NCBI GenBank assembly: GCA_045046875.1
Contig: JASFYY010000010.1
Location: forward strand, 1-64,000
DNA from: Verrucomicrobiota bacterium
GTDB taxonomy: Bacteria > Verrucomicrobiota > Verrucomicrobiia > Verrucomicrobiales > DEV007
Reading direction: 5' to 3'
Length of the DNA: 64,000 nt
Shown in pieces: positions 19,838 to 27,954 of this stretch. Numbering within the stretch: the first letter of the stretch is position 1; each line of letters starts with the position of its first letter. A program made the translations under genes and the position numbers. Below the pieces are notes generated by a model that was not told the DNA's origin, searched no databases, and saw nothing but the letters and a program-made list of their open reading frames with translations.

Positions 19838-20204
19838 GGTCGCTGGACTCCTTTCCTCTTTCCTCAGCTAACATTTCGTCATGCACATCCAAGAGTATCT
19901 CAAAGCACTTCCAATATACCATTGGAGTCCCCGCCTCTAATGACCTCAGCATTTTTTGCAGCAAGGCAACTGTCCGGGGTGCGTGAGCAGGAGAACTACC
20001 CGCCAAACCAGGCTTGCGATACAAAAGGTGACGCTGTTCAATTACCTCCATCAAACCTCTCGCTTCCTCAATCTCTTCGTCACTTGGCAAAGACCCAGAT
20101 GCAGCCATCCTCTGCAATCTAGTCAGCACCACCCTCGCCCCCGATGGAACAGCTTTAGGCGTTGGAGGTATTTGTAAAGGCTTAGGAATAGAACTTTTGC
20201 TCAT
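19821..20204 (-). CDS. Phage hypothetical protein
   Basis: Chain of overlapping ORFs (ATGA coupling). Confidence 0.6.
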   Translation of the reverse strand: MSKSSIPKPLQIPPTPKAVPSGARVVLTRLQRMAASGSLPSDEEIEEARGLMEVIEQRHLLYRKPGLAGSSPAHAPRTVALLQKMLRSLEAGTPMVYWKCFEILLDVHDEMLAEERGKESSDHERKI

Positions 20205-20965
20205 GAACCCTGCCTCCCCTCTCTGCGAGTTAATGCTTCAAAACCAGTCAAGACACTTGCAAAGCACCGCGGACACGCAATGCACTGCTCTTCGCTATTT
20301 GGAGATACGTCTACCCCTGCGGCAGCGCCCTCAGCAAAACTATGCCCACATTCATTACATTCCCAAACCACACTGTTAGAACACGCCTGTTCTAACACCC
20401 TAGCTATACTGCTATCAGGATGATTTATTTTGCCTCTCACCGGATGCCACCCAAACGATTTACAAAGGTCTCTGACTTTCCTAGTCTTGAACCCCTCGTC
20501 AATAAACACATCCACTACTTTATTTTCGACCTGTATCTTACGGATCCCCCCCGCCGATACCACAAAACCTCTCTTTACCACACACCCCATATCCCACACC
20601 ACATATTCATAACCTTCATTCTGAACACCCACCAAAAGCATCCTCAACGGGTATATCCCGAAACTAGACACCAAATCCTTACTTACCCCTTTAGCCTCTT
20701 CCATTTTTCGCCCCATCCACCCCAGCTCAGCAGAACAATCAATCACACCTACAACAGATTTTTCCGCCCACCCCAAAACCGAAAGAGGCTCAGCAGCAGG
20801 TAAACCACGCTTGAGGATCTCCTTCTTCACCCACTCTGCAAAATCCCTCACCACTTGCGGCGAACAATTCTCTAAAGGCGTTTCATGCCCACCCTCCAAA
20901 CGGATCGATCTCGGGACCTGCGAAGGGCACGCCTTCATTTTTATATTTATTGTATGTTTACTCAT
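20201..20965 (-). CDS. Phage hypothetical protein with C-terminal zinc ribbon
   Basis: CNECG...CPRC; coupled to its neighbours. Confidence 0.65.
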   Translation of the reverse strand: MSKHTINIKMKACPSQVPRSIRLEGGHETPLENCSPQVVRDFAEWVKKEILKRGLPAAEPLSVLGWAEKSVVGVIDCSAELGWMGRKMEEAKGVSKDLVSSFGIYPLRMLLVGVQNEGYEYVVWDMGCVVKRGFVVSAGGIRKIQVENKVVDVFIDEGFKTRKVRDLCKSFGWHPVRGKINHPDSSIARVLEQACSNSVVWECNECGHSFAEGAAAGVDVSPNSEEQCIACPRCFASVLTGFEALTRREGRQGS

Positions 20966-21216
20966 TTCACCACCCCCTCTCTCTCAATAACAAATCCGCC
21001 ATCCCTCTCTAACGCCCGCATGTAACCATCCTGCCCAATGCGAGTCACCCGCGTTTTTGCATTTACCCGCATGCCGTGATTTTTTGCCGTCAGCAGCGCA
21101 TGATCCTCATCCCGTGCTCTAATATTTCGAAAATTGCGCCTGCCATCCGGAGAATTAGCAATCGAAAAATAGTCCCACTTAGGGTAAGTCATATCCATGT
21201 TCACTTGTTCACTCAT
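20962..21216 (-). CDS. Phage hypothetical protein
   Basis: Coupled ORF. Confidence 0.6.
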   Translation of the reverse strand: MSEQVNMDMTYPKWDYFSIANSPDGRRNFRNIRARDEDHALLTAKNHGMRVNAKTRVTRIGQDGYMRALERDGGFVIEREGVVK

Positions 21217-21428
21217 TTCACCATCCCCCCATCTGCTTCTGCTAACCTCAATGCCCGCTCCACCGCTTCGACCGTGTAGATTGTATCCTTGCCATTCGCC
21301 CTCACCGGCTTTAGCTCATACCGTTCCCTCAGCTCATCGAACAGCATTGTCTTGCCCCCGAGGGACTCCAGTACCTCCGCTTTGCTTAGCGTAAAACGCC
21401 TGATCGCTTTTATTTCTAAAAAATCCAT
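21213..21428 (-). CDS. Small DNA-binding protein, excisionase-like candidate
   Basis: 71 aa with a winged-helix-like pattern (LSKAEVLESLGG...LKPVR.NGKDTIYTVEAVE); function inferred. Confidence 0.5.
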   Translation of the reverse strand: MDFLEIKAIRRFTLSKAEVLESLGGKTMLFDELRERYELKPVRANGKDTIYTVEAVERALRLAEADGGMVK

Positions 21429-21706
21429 TATCCCAGAATAGTTAAAAGTTCACACACACCCACCACTGGAATCGCTAAGGCCAGGAGCACCACCGCCATC
21501 CCCTCGACCACCTCCTGACTTTGCGTCTTCGCCACCCTTTCTCGGCACCAGGTGATTTTGAAATCCTCGCCCACCTTTAGGATGTTGGACTTTCTCAGCA
21601 GCTTCTCCACCTTATTACAGGCAGCCACCTCATTAGCCTGATTCTCCACCCCTATCTGGCAGCGTCCACCATCGCCCAATTTTATATCTATCAAATAATC
21701 CTTCAT
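21428..21706 (-). CDS. Phage hypothetical protein with C-terminal TM
   Basis: Start reassigned to ATG 21706, which overlaps the BRO stop. Confidence 0.55.
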   Translation of the reverse strand: MKDYLIDIKLGDGGRCQIGVENQANEVAACNKVEKLLRKSNILKVGEDFKITWCRERVAKTQSQEVVEGMAVVLLALAIPVVGVCELLTILG

Positions 21707-22581
21707 GATTTCAATGCTTTTATTGATGATTTTGCCACCAGTCGCCACTCATGACATCGGTTCCGCTTACGCACCTCGATCGCATAGCGCACATCCCCAT
21801 CTTGAGATTCCCACTCAGCATCCCGATAGACACCCAGTAAGCGCCCTATTCTCGAGTAACTGGCAAACCTGGTGCAATCGTCACCCCATACATACTCAAG
21901 GTGCCCACTTTCGCGGGCGATGTGGATCAGCTCAGCAGCCCTGATCCACTGCCCATTGTGATTCTCATGCAGATACAGCAAGAAATCTACCAACTCAGGC
22001 CACTTCGATTTGAAAAACTTCGAGCACACCACACCAGCCACCTGACTGATCGAGGGCACCTCCCTTTTTTGAGTCGCATCCCTCACCAGAGCAGCCGCCT
22101 CGCCACGGACATTGACCACCGATGACGGCCAGAGAAGATCAGGCCCGGCAGCTTTAGCTATTTTGATCAAATCCATTGCGCTAGTTGCGATATTAACCCC
22201 GTTAGCGAGAGCCACTGCAGCGAGAGTGTCTGTTGTAGGCAGCGCCACCGGAATTTGGTATTTGCCTGTTTTACGAATAGATGGCAGGACTTCAGAAGTG
22301 ACCCACTTTTTAAAAGTTTTCGCCTCAGCCTTTCTTGATCTAAGAATCAAAGAATATAAGCCAGACTCAGAGATAACATTGCGACTAGGCCCACCAAGAG
22401 CACCGTCGGTATTACCGACGGTGCTCTTTTCATCCTCATCTAGTGAAACAATAGCATCCCGAGGGTTCTTTATATTGAGAGCATCGCAAATATCCTTCGC
22501 CACAAACCACGGCTCCCCATCTTGATCAACAATCCGGATATCTCCGAAAAGCTCATGGCCGAATAATTGAACAGGATTCAC
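21703..22581 (-). CDS. BRO-N family antirepressor-like protein
   Basis: GEPWFVAKDICDAL, ISESGLYSLILRSRKAEAKTFKKWVTSEVLPSIRKTG. Confidence 0.92.
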   Translation of the reverse strand: MNPVQLFGHELFGDIRIVDQDGEPWFVAKDICDALNIKNPRDAIVSLDEDEKSTVGNTDGALGGPSRNVISESGLYSLILRSRKAEAKTFKKWVTSEVLPSIRKTGKYQIPVALPTTDTLAAVALANGVNIATSAMDLIKIAKAAGPDLLWPSSVVNVRGEAAALVRDATQKREVPSISQVAGVVCSKFFKSKWPELVDFLLYLHENHNGQWIRAAELIHIARESGHLEYVWGDDCTRFASYSRIGRLLGVYRDAEWESQDGDVRYAIEVRKRNRCHEWRLVAKSSIKALKS

Positions 22582-23090
22582 GCTGCTACCTCCTCACTAT
22601 TTTTCTTGCCAGCCACATCCACACCAGTGTTAGCTGGCCGTGAACTTTCCAAATACACCGAACAGCCATCATGAAACCATCTTTCGAACGATTCCCACAT
22701 ACAGACCAGTCCTACGCAATCAATGACGACAGTGAGGCTCAGTCCATCATGGCCGAGCTTGGCGTTCTGGACGGCATATCTAAAAAGGTCGGATTTGCCA
22801 ACACCAATGCCATGATAGCAGTAAGTTCGCATCATTGGTGCCTGTGCCTCCGCGTTTGGGACAACCCTGATCCTGATGAGAACGGATTCGCCATCCGAGC
22901 CGAGCCCAAGGAACTCGTCGACAGACTTTCTATGGAAGCTCTCCTGCAGCGCTTTCTCAAGGGGAGTAGCGAGATAAGAGTCAATATTGTGGAGAATGAG
23001 CCACGACCTTGAGCGATCCAGTTCAAGGAGCTCTCGCAACTCATCAGGCGCAGAATCCGGTTGGGGTATTATTTTATCACCTCTTTTCAT
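22578..23090 (-). CDS. Phage hypothetical protein
   Basis: Coupled at both ends to neighbours. Confidence 0.55.
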   Translation of the reverse strand: MKRGDKIIPQPDSAPDELRELLELDRSRSWLILHNIDSYLATPLEKALQESFHRKSVDEFLGLGSDGESVLIRIRVVPNAEAQAPMMRTYCYHGIGVGKSDLFRYAVQNAKLGHDGLSLTVVIDCVGLVCMWESFERWFHDGCSVYLESSRPANTGVDVAGKKNSEEVAA

Positions 23091-23239
23091 GCCGCTTCCT
23101 TTTTAATTTTCTTTACCGATTCGTTAAGCAGCCGAATCGCCGCCTCTGAGGGTGAGCAACACCATTCCTGTGCTCGAAGGAGAATTAATGACAAAACCTC
23201 CTTTGTGTATTTGCTAGGATCAAACTCGATTGCATTCAT
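23087..23239 (-). CDS. Cro-position small protein
   Basis: First gene divergent from the repressor; likely start ATG 23239 (MNAIEFDP...KKEAA). Confidence 0.55.
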   Translation of the reverse strand: MNAIEFDPSKYTKEVLSLILLRAQEWCCSPSEAAIRLLNESVKKIKKEAA

Positions 23240-23245
23240 AATTAT

Positions 23246-23330
23246 TGACATTATCTGACTAATAGTCAAAACGTCAACAGGAAAATGTTTTTTTATTTGT
23301 TTTTTTTGATATTTAGTCAATAATAGTCAT
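23246..23330. promoter_or_regulatory. Divergent immunity region with operator-like 13-mers
   Basis: Perfect palindrome TGACTA-A-TAGTCA (23256-23268) and variants TGATATTTAGTCA (23307-23319) and TCAATAATAGTCA (23317-23329). Confidence 0.7.
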
Positions 23331-23726
23331 ATGGACGAGATTTCCCTTAAATTTAAAAAATGGCTAGATGATAGAAATCTAAAAGCTAATGACATCTGCG
23401 AAGATTTGAAAATTAGCGCAGGAACCCTTACTCAATGGAGATCTCGCGGCGTCCCATTACGAAAACAACCTTATATTGTCAGACTTATGCAGAGGTGGCA
23501 TGACCACCAAATCGAAGCACTCCGAACCAACGGTTCAATGACACTCGAAGTCGACATGGACACCTTCAATGCGTGGAATCAAGCGGCGTTAGAGGACGGC
23601 AAGATCATTAGCGACTGGGCAATCGATCAACTCACAGCCGCCGCCGCCGCAGATCCAGAAATCCAACGGCTCGCAGCAGAAGATCCAAGTATCTATAAAA
23701 CCAAAGGCGAGCCCCGCTCAGCTTAG
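23331..23726 (+). CDS. CI-like XRE HTH repressor
   Basis: LKANDICEDLKISAGTLTQWRSRG HTH; the only plus-strand phage gene besides int; no S24 peptidase domain visible. Confidence 0.8.
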   Translation: MDEISLKFKKWLDDRNLKANDICEDLKISAGTLTQWRSRGVPLRKQPYIVRLMQRWHDHQIEALRTNGSMTLEVDMDTFNAWNQAALEDGKIISDWAIDQLTAAAAADPEIQRLAAEDPSIYKTKGEPRSA

Positions 23727-23776
23727 CCACTACACCTGCCAACATCATCAACGGACCATGGCAAAAAGGATTTTAA

Positions 23777-24382
23777 TCACCATTTAATCCTGTAGCGTTT
23801 ATAAAGATCCACCTTCTTTTCCCCCTTACACTGCCCACACATCCGGCTAGGCTTCCCAACTCCGCCTCCATGCCTCCCTCGCCCACCGCAGCTTGGACAA
23901 GTCTTTTTCCCTACACGTAGAGGAATAACCATCTCAGCTCCCGCTTTCAAGCCTTGGATAAATGCCCGCTTGCTCAGTCTTACTATTGGCGGATCCACTA
24001 GCAACACCCCCACTGTTGCCTTTCCTCCAAGCACAGTTGTGTATTCATACACCTCATCCGAGATTTTCACTGCCAGCTTCACCACTGTATCATCCGTTAA
24101 TCGTTTGCCAGGTATCTTCACCGCCCACGTTTTATCTTTCCCCCTTACTAAATAAAGATTGCCCTCCACATGCGAAACCACCTCCACAGAATATTTCTGC
24201 ACTTGTTCCTGTCGAGTAATTTCATCTACATCCGCCACCGCCTGGTAAACTCTCTCAAATTTATCCGACGAAAAATCCATTTTCCTCACAGGATAATCTA
24301 CAGGATCCTGTGCCTTTAGAGACGCGACAACGAAAAAACATAAGCAAAAAACAAACTCAGCTAAAGGAATATCCACTTTCAT
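23777..24382 (-). CDS. Exported moron protein with C-terminal DnaJ-type zinc finger
   Basis: Signal peptide; CPSCGGRG...CGQCKGE; own sigma70-like promoter. Confidence 0.65.
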   Translation of the reverse strand: MKVDIPLAEFVFCLCFFVVASLKAQDPVDYPVRKMDFSSDKFERVYQAVADVDEITRQEQVQKYSVEVVSHVEGNLYLVRGKDKTWAVKIPGKRLTDDTVVKLAVKISDEVYEYTTVLGGKATVGVLLVDPPIVRLSKRAFIQGLKAGAEMVIPLRVGKKTCPSCGGRGRHGGGVGKPSRMCGQCKGEKKVDLYKRYRIKW

Positions 24383-24388
24383 CCCCAC

Positions 24389-24417
24389 ACCCTAAGCACC
24401 TAACCCAAGGAAATCAA
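24389..24417 (-). promoter_or_regulatory. Sigma70-like promoter, probably leaderless
   Basis: TTGATT-17 nt-TAGGGT-6 nt-ATG (24382). Confidence 0.55.
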
Positions 24418-24438
24418 TTGCATTTTAATCCCCTTCCC

Positions 24439-24918
24439 CTAAGCCACTAACCCCCGCTCCCGCAGTCGATCCAACGCACCTCCACCCATCGGAGCTGTCG
24501 CCAGATCGTATTTCAGCCGCCCCCGCCGCCACAGAAAAAAGTTACACCTCTTGAAAAAAGCATCATGCCCCGGCATATCTCTCCAAGTTTTGCCCCGCCA
24601 GACCTCATTCCAGCCCACCACCGGCAGGTGCCTAGTCACCTGTTCCAACGGCAACTCCTCCAACGGATGCTTCACCCGCCTCTTCGTGACCACTCCATCC
24701 GTTACTACCGAGCCCACCACCACTCGCCTATATTCATACCGGCCATTGCCCGCATCCCGTCGGGTGAACAATTCACCCCGCCGCCGTAACGTCTTGATAG
24801 ACGATACCACCGCCGAAGTCGCATCCCCCGTCAACTCGCGCAACTCAGCCATCGCGTACCAATGCCCAAACGCCATGCACCCCTTTATTCTATCCCTAAC
24901 CAACGCCCCATCTTTCAT
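24439..24918 (-). CDS. Phage protein with N-terminal winged-helix-like domain
   Basis: WYAMAELRELTG..TSAVVSSIKTLRRRG pattern; coupled to the upstream holin-like gene. Confidence 0.55.
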   Translation of the reverse strand: MKDGALVRDRIKGCMAFGHWYAMAELRELTGDATSAVVSSIKTLRRRGELFTRRDAGNGRYEYRRVVVGSVVTDGVVTKRRVKHPLEELPLEQVTRHLPVVGWNEVWRGKTWRDMPGHDAFFKRCNFFLWRRGRLKYDLATAPMGGGALDRLRERGLVA

Positions 24919-25157
24919 TCTTGCTCCCGCCGCCTGCTCAGCGCATCGATATGATTTTGCTGCATGCTCACGATCTGACCGTGTAATTCCTTACGATCCG
25001 CCTGGCATTCCTGGCTCGCCCGCTCCAGCGCCTCGATCCTCACATCCTGCTGCTGGAGAATCTTTTTAATTAGCACCCAAATAATCAGCAGCATGAACCC
25101 CGCCGTAGTGCCCTGCTCAAGAAAATACTTTAAAATCTGATCGTTACCCATAGCCAA
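24915..25157 (-). CDS. Holin-like protein (1 TM + coiled coil)
   Basis: Small, single TM, adjacent to the endolysin. Confidence 0.55.
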   Translation of the reverse strand: MAMGNDQILKYFLEQGTTAGFMLLIIWVLIKKILQQQDVRIEALERASQECQADRKELHGQIVSMQQNHIDALSRRREQE

Positions 25158-25172
25158 GAAGGTTGATTCTAC

Positions 25173-25943
25173 TTACACCCCCATTCGCCGAATATTACTC
25201 GGCAAACCTACCCGCGCATAATAACTATTGCTATTCAGATAAGGAATCGCCGCTTGGAAGTGCATCGCGTCGAAATACTGCCCAGGATACTTGCTATTCT
25301 CAAACTCACCTGGCCAACCCCAAGCACGTGGACCCCACAGGAAACCATGACGCTCCATGATCTCCACCCCCTCAATTGAGAATCCACATTCCCGCGTCCG
25401 CAACCCGGATCCCCATGCAGTCAGATCAATCGCAGCACCCCACGAATGAATACTGTAGCTCCTACCCTCCCGTTTGCGTCGATAATTGAAACACCCCGCA
25501 TACACATTCCAACCCTCAGCAAAAAAGCGCTCCTCGCCCAAAGAAGCCCACAGCTCAGCAAACGCAGCCTCCATCCTCGGCACCAGCAGTTTGTGGCACT
25601 TATGGTCATCGAATACATCGCCCGTATGATCCGACAGCCCCGCACCATCCCGTTCATAGAGCACCATTCTGCTCGTTGGAAAGTTAAACCAACCCAAATA
25701 GTTCGGATCCCTCTTCGGCTCGCCATACACAGCGATCACCTGCCCCCGCACCGCCTCATCCGGCAGGAAGATCACCTCAGCCTCCGCCAGACCTACCTTC
25801 TCGGCAGGACCAGCTTCCTGCGGCTTCTCGATCAGCAGTTGCTTTTTCATCGCCGCATCAAGAAAATGATCCGCTTTATACAAACAATCCATCACAGACA
25901 AATCTTTAATTTTTGTTTTCATAATTGCTCCAAAGTGTCCCAT
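25173..25943 (-). CDS. Endolysin, M15-family metallopeptidase
   Basis: GCFNYR...SIHSWGAAID...DAMHFQ motifs. Confidence 0.85.
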   Translation of the reverse strand: MGHFGAIMKTKIKDLSVMDCLYKADHFLDAAMKKQLLIEKPQEAGPAEKVGLAEAEVIFLPDEAVRGQVIAVYGEPKRDPNYLGWFNFPTSRMVLYERDGAGLSDHTGDVFDDHKCHKLLVPRMEAAFAELWASLGEERFFAEGWNVYAGCFNYRRKREGRSYSIHSWGAAIDLTAWGSGLRTRECGFSIEGVEIMERHGFLWGPRAWGWPGEFENSKYPGQYFDAMHFQAAIPYLNSNSYYARVGLPSNIRRMGV

Positions 25944-26321
25944 CCATCAGGTATCAAAATATCATCTAACCAAGATCTTCGATTCGTCCGCACCATCACC
26001 GTCCGCCGATCCTGCAGCGTCCACAGCCCCGGCAACGCCGCCTCCGGATTCACCCGCGCCCGCTCGCGCCATACAGCCCGGAGTCTCACCTCCCGCCGCA
26101 GATCGCACTCCAGCATCACCCTCCCCACCATCAGCGGCAGCATAGAACTCACGCTCAAAATCAGCGCGAGCTGCATCCACCCCGTCCGGCACACTTGCCG
26201 AGCACCACGCCGCCCACACAGCCAGCGTCGCAAAGAGCGCCAGCACCGAGATGGCCAGCGCACCAGAGACCAACACGCACAGCAGAGGCGTGCTATCAGC
26301 TTCGATAGGATCACTCCACAT
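25919..26321 (-). CDS. Lysis-cassette membrane protein (two overlapping open frames: 25962-26321 and 25919-26314)
   Basis: Both frames are open, each with a hydrophobic segment; which is real cannot be decided by eye. Confidence 0.4.
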
Positions 26322-26943
26322 TTTTTGCAGGCGGGTAAGAGCTTGTCATCATAGGAGTGATTTGAGGCAACTTGCTGGAGATCGGAGTCACCGGGTAAAC
26401 CTTGATCCCGACTCCGTAACCGGGCGGGAGAGTCACCTCTGCGATACCGCCACCACCGTCCGTCCCAATCCGGCCAGACAGACCTTTGAATACGGAGCCG
26501 ATTTGTTGCCCCGCTGGCGTGCTGCAACTCGCAAGCGTAAAGGCCGCCGCCGCCATCAAAAAAATCGGTAGCACGTTATTGACCCCAGAAATATCGAAGC
26601 CGCCTTTGGGACGTGCTTTACTCGATTGGCTGGACACGTTGGCATCACGGCTGAAAAATCCATTAACACCAGACATTGCCAAAATCAACGCAACAAGGTT
26701 TTGTAAAGCTTCACCCCCTTCCGCCGATATTTCATCGCCCCCGAGATGTCCAGTGAATACGCCGATAGCCGCCGCTATTTGAGAAATCCCCGCCGTAGTG
26801 GTTTTCCAATTGCGGAGATTTGCGAATAGTAATTTGTATAGATAATTGAATAGTAGTTTCATAACGAATCCCGGTTTGTTGCTGTTCCGGTTTCGTCGTA
26901 GTTCACGCATACGCTTGAGCTGTCTGTTTGCATCACCGGCCAT
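26311..26943 (-). CDS. Holin-like protein with internal lipobox
   Basis: NWKTT + two TMs, then FLMAAAAFTLASC; first gene of the lysis cassette. Confidence 0.6.
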   Translation of the reverse strand: MAGDANRQLKRMRELRRNRNSNKPGFVMKLLFNYLYKLLFANLRNWKTTTAGISQIAAAIGVFTGHLGGDEISAEGGEALQNLVALILAMSGVNGFFSRDANVSSQSSKARPKGGFDISGVNNVLPIFLMAAAAFTLASCSTPAGQQIGSVFKGLSGRIGTDGGGGIAEVTLPPGYGVGIKVYPVTPISSKLPQITPMMTSSYPPAKNVE

Positions 26944-27040
26944 CGTAGAAATGGACGTGTCAAAAAACGGTGGTCAGAAAGTAGGCCACCGTGAATTCGG
27001 GGCAACATTCTAAAAAAGCTCTCATCCCAGACATCTGGAT

Positions 27041-27094
27041 AAAAAAATGCCCGCACCAGAGCAACTTTCTCCCGAAATTGCTACCGATGCGGAC
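27041..27094 (-). terminator. Intrinsic terminator-like long hairpin with T-tract downstream of the sulfotransferase
   Basis: Minus strand GTCCGCATCGGTAGCAATTTC-GGGA-GAAAGTTGCTCTGGTGCGGGC-ATTTTTTT. Confidence 0.6.
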
Positions 27095-27162
27095 TTTTCC
27101 ATTGGGGTGGGAATATAAAAAAGCAACAAAACTAACTAGATCAACTGTTTTGTTTAACTTTT

Positions 27163-27954
27163 TTACTGATAATCAAAATAGCACTCCGGCACCACTTCAC
27201 CCTTTCCTCGATCATCCAGTAGTAGCTTGAGCTTTTTGTTCCATGGATCGAAAAATTTAGTGAGCTTTTCCGTCACTTCAGCATTTGGAATAAACGAGTA
27301 TTGGAAACTGTTGAGCTTTACTTCATTTACCGGGCAATCTGGCAGCTCTAACCAGTCGAACAAATCCCTATAAAAAGCAGAAAAATCACGCTGCATATTC
27401 TCCAGGAAACAAACCTTCACCTGCTCAGCTTGAAAGACAGCGGTGATTCCAGAGAGAAAAAAAGAGCGTTTACCTATCTCGCTCAAAGCGTTATTTTTCC
27501 CAGCGATCATCTGATCCACATGATCCTCCAGTGAGAGTTCAGGATGGAAACCCTTCCAGGACTCCAATTCTTTCTTATCACAAGTTCGTAAAGCACGCTG
27601 AAAGTGATTCCATAGAGAAAAAGTTGACTCCACAGGATCTCGAATGATCACGATGATTTTCGGAGCCTCAGCAAGCTCGCGGATCTTGATCAAAGATTCC
27701 TGCTGCCAGAAATATGACGGAGTAGCATCCAAACGATACGCCGCCACCCCTGGGTAAACATCAACGCAACGCTCCAGCCTCTGTTTAGCAAAATCAGGGC
27801 GAGTGTAAAAATGCGATTCCTTGTCAGTGCAACGCCAGGGAACGGAAGCCATATCAGGAATTTCAATGCCAGAATGAGAACTAAGCACGCTGGCCAGCGT
27901 CGTTGTACCGCATTTCCCGAAAGCAGGAACATAGAGATTTGGCACACCCTTCAT
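27163..27954 (-). CDS. PAPS-dependent sulfotransferase
   Basis: 5'-PSB GKCGTTTL, KESHFY, DATPSY, 3'-PB IRDPVESTFSLWNH. Confidence 0.88.
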   Translation of the reverse strand: MKGVPNLYVPAFGKCGTTTLASVLSSHSGIEIPDMASVPWRCTDKESHFYTRPDFAKQRLERCVDVYPGVAAYRLDATPSYFWQQESLIKIRELAEAPKIIVIIRDPVESTFSLWNHFQRALRTCDKKELESWKGFHPELSLEDHVDQMIAGKNNALSEIGKRSFFLSGITAVFQAEQVKVCFLENMQRDFSAFYRDLFDWLELPDCPVNEVKLNSFQYSFIPNAEVTEKLTKFFDPWNKKLKLLLDDRGKGEVVPECYFDYQ

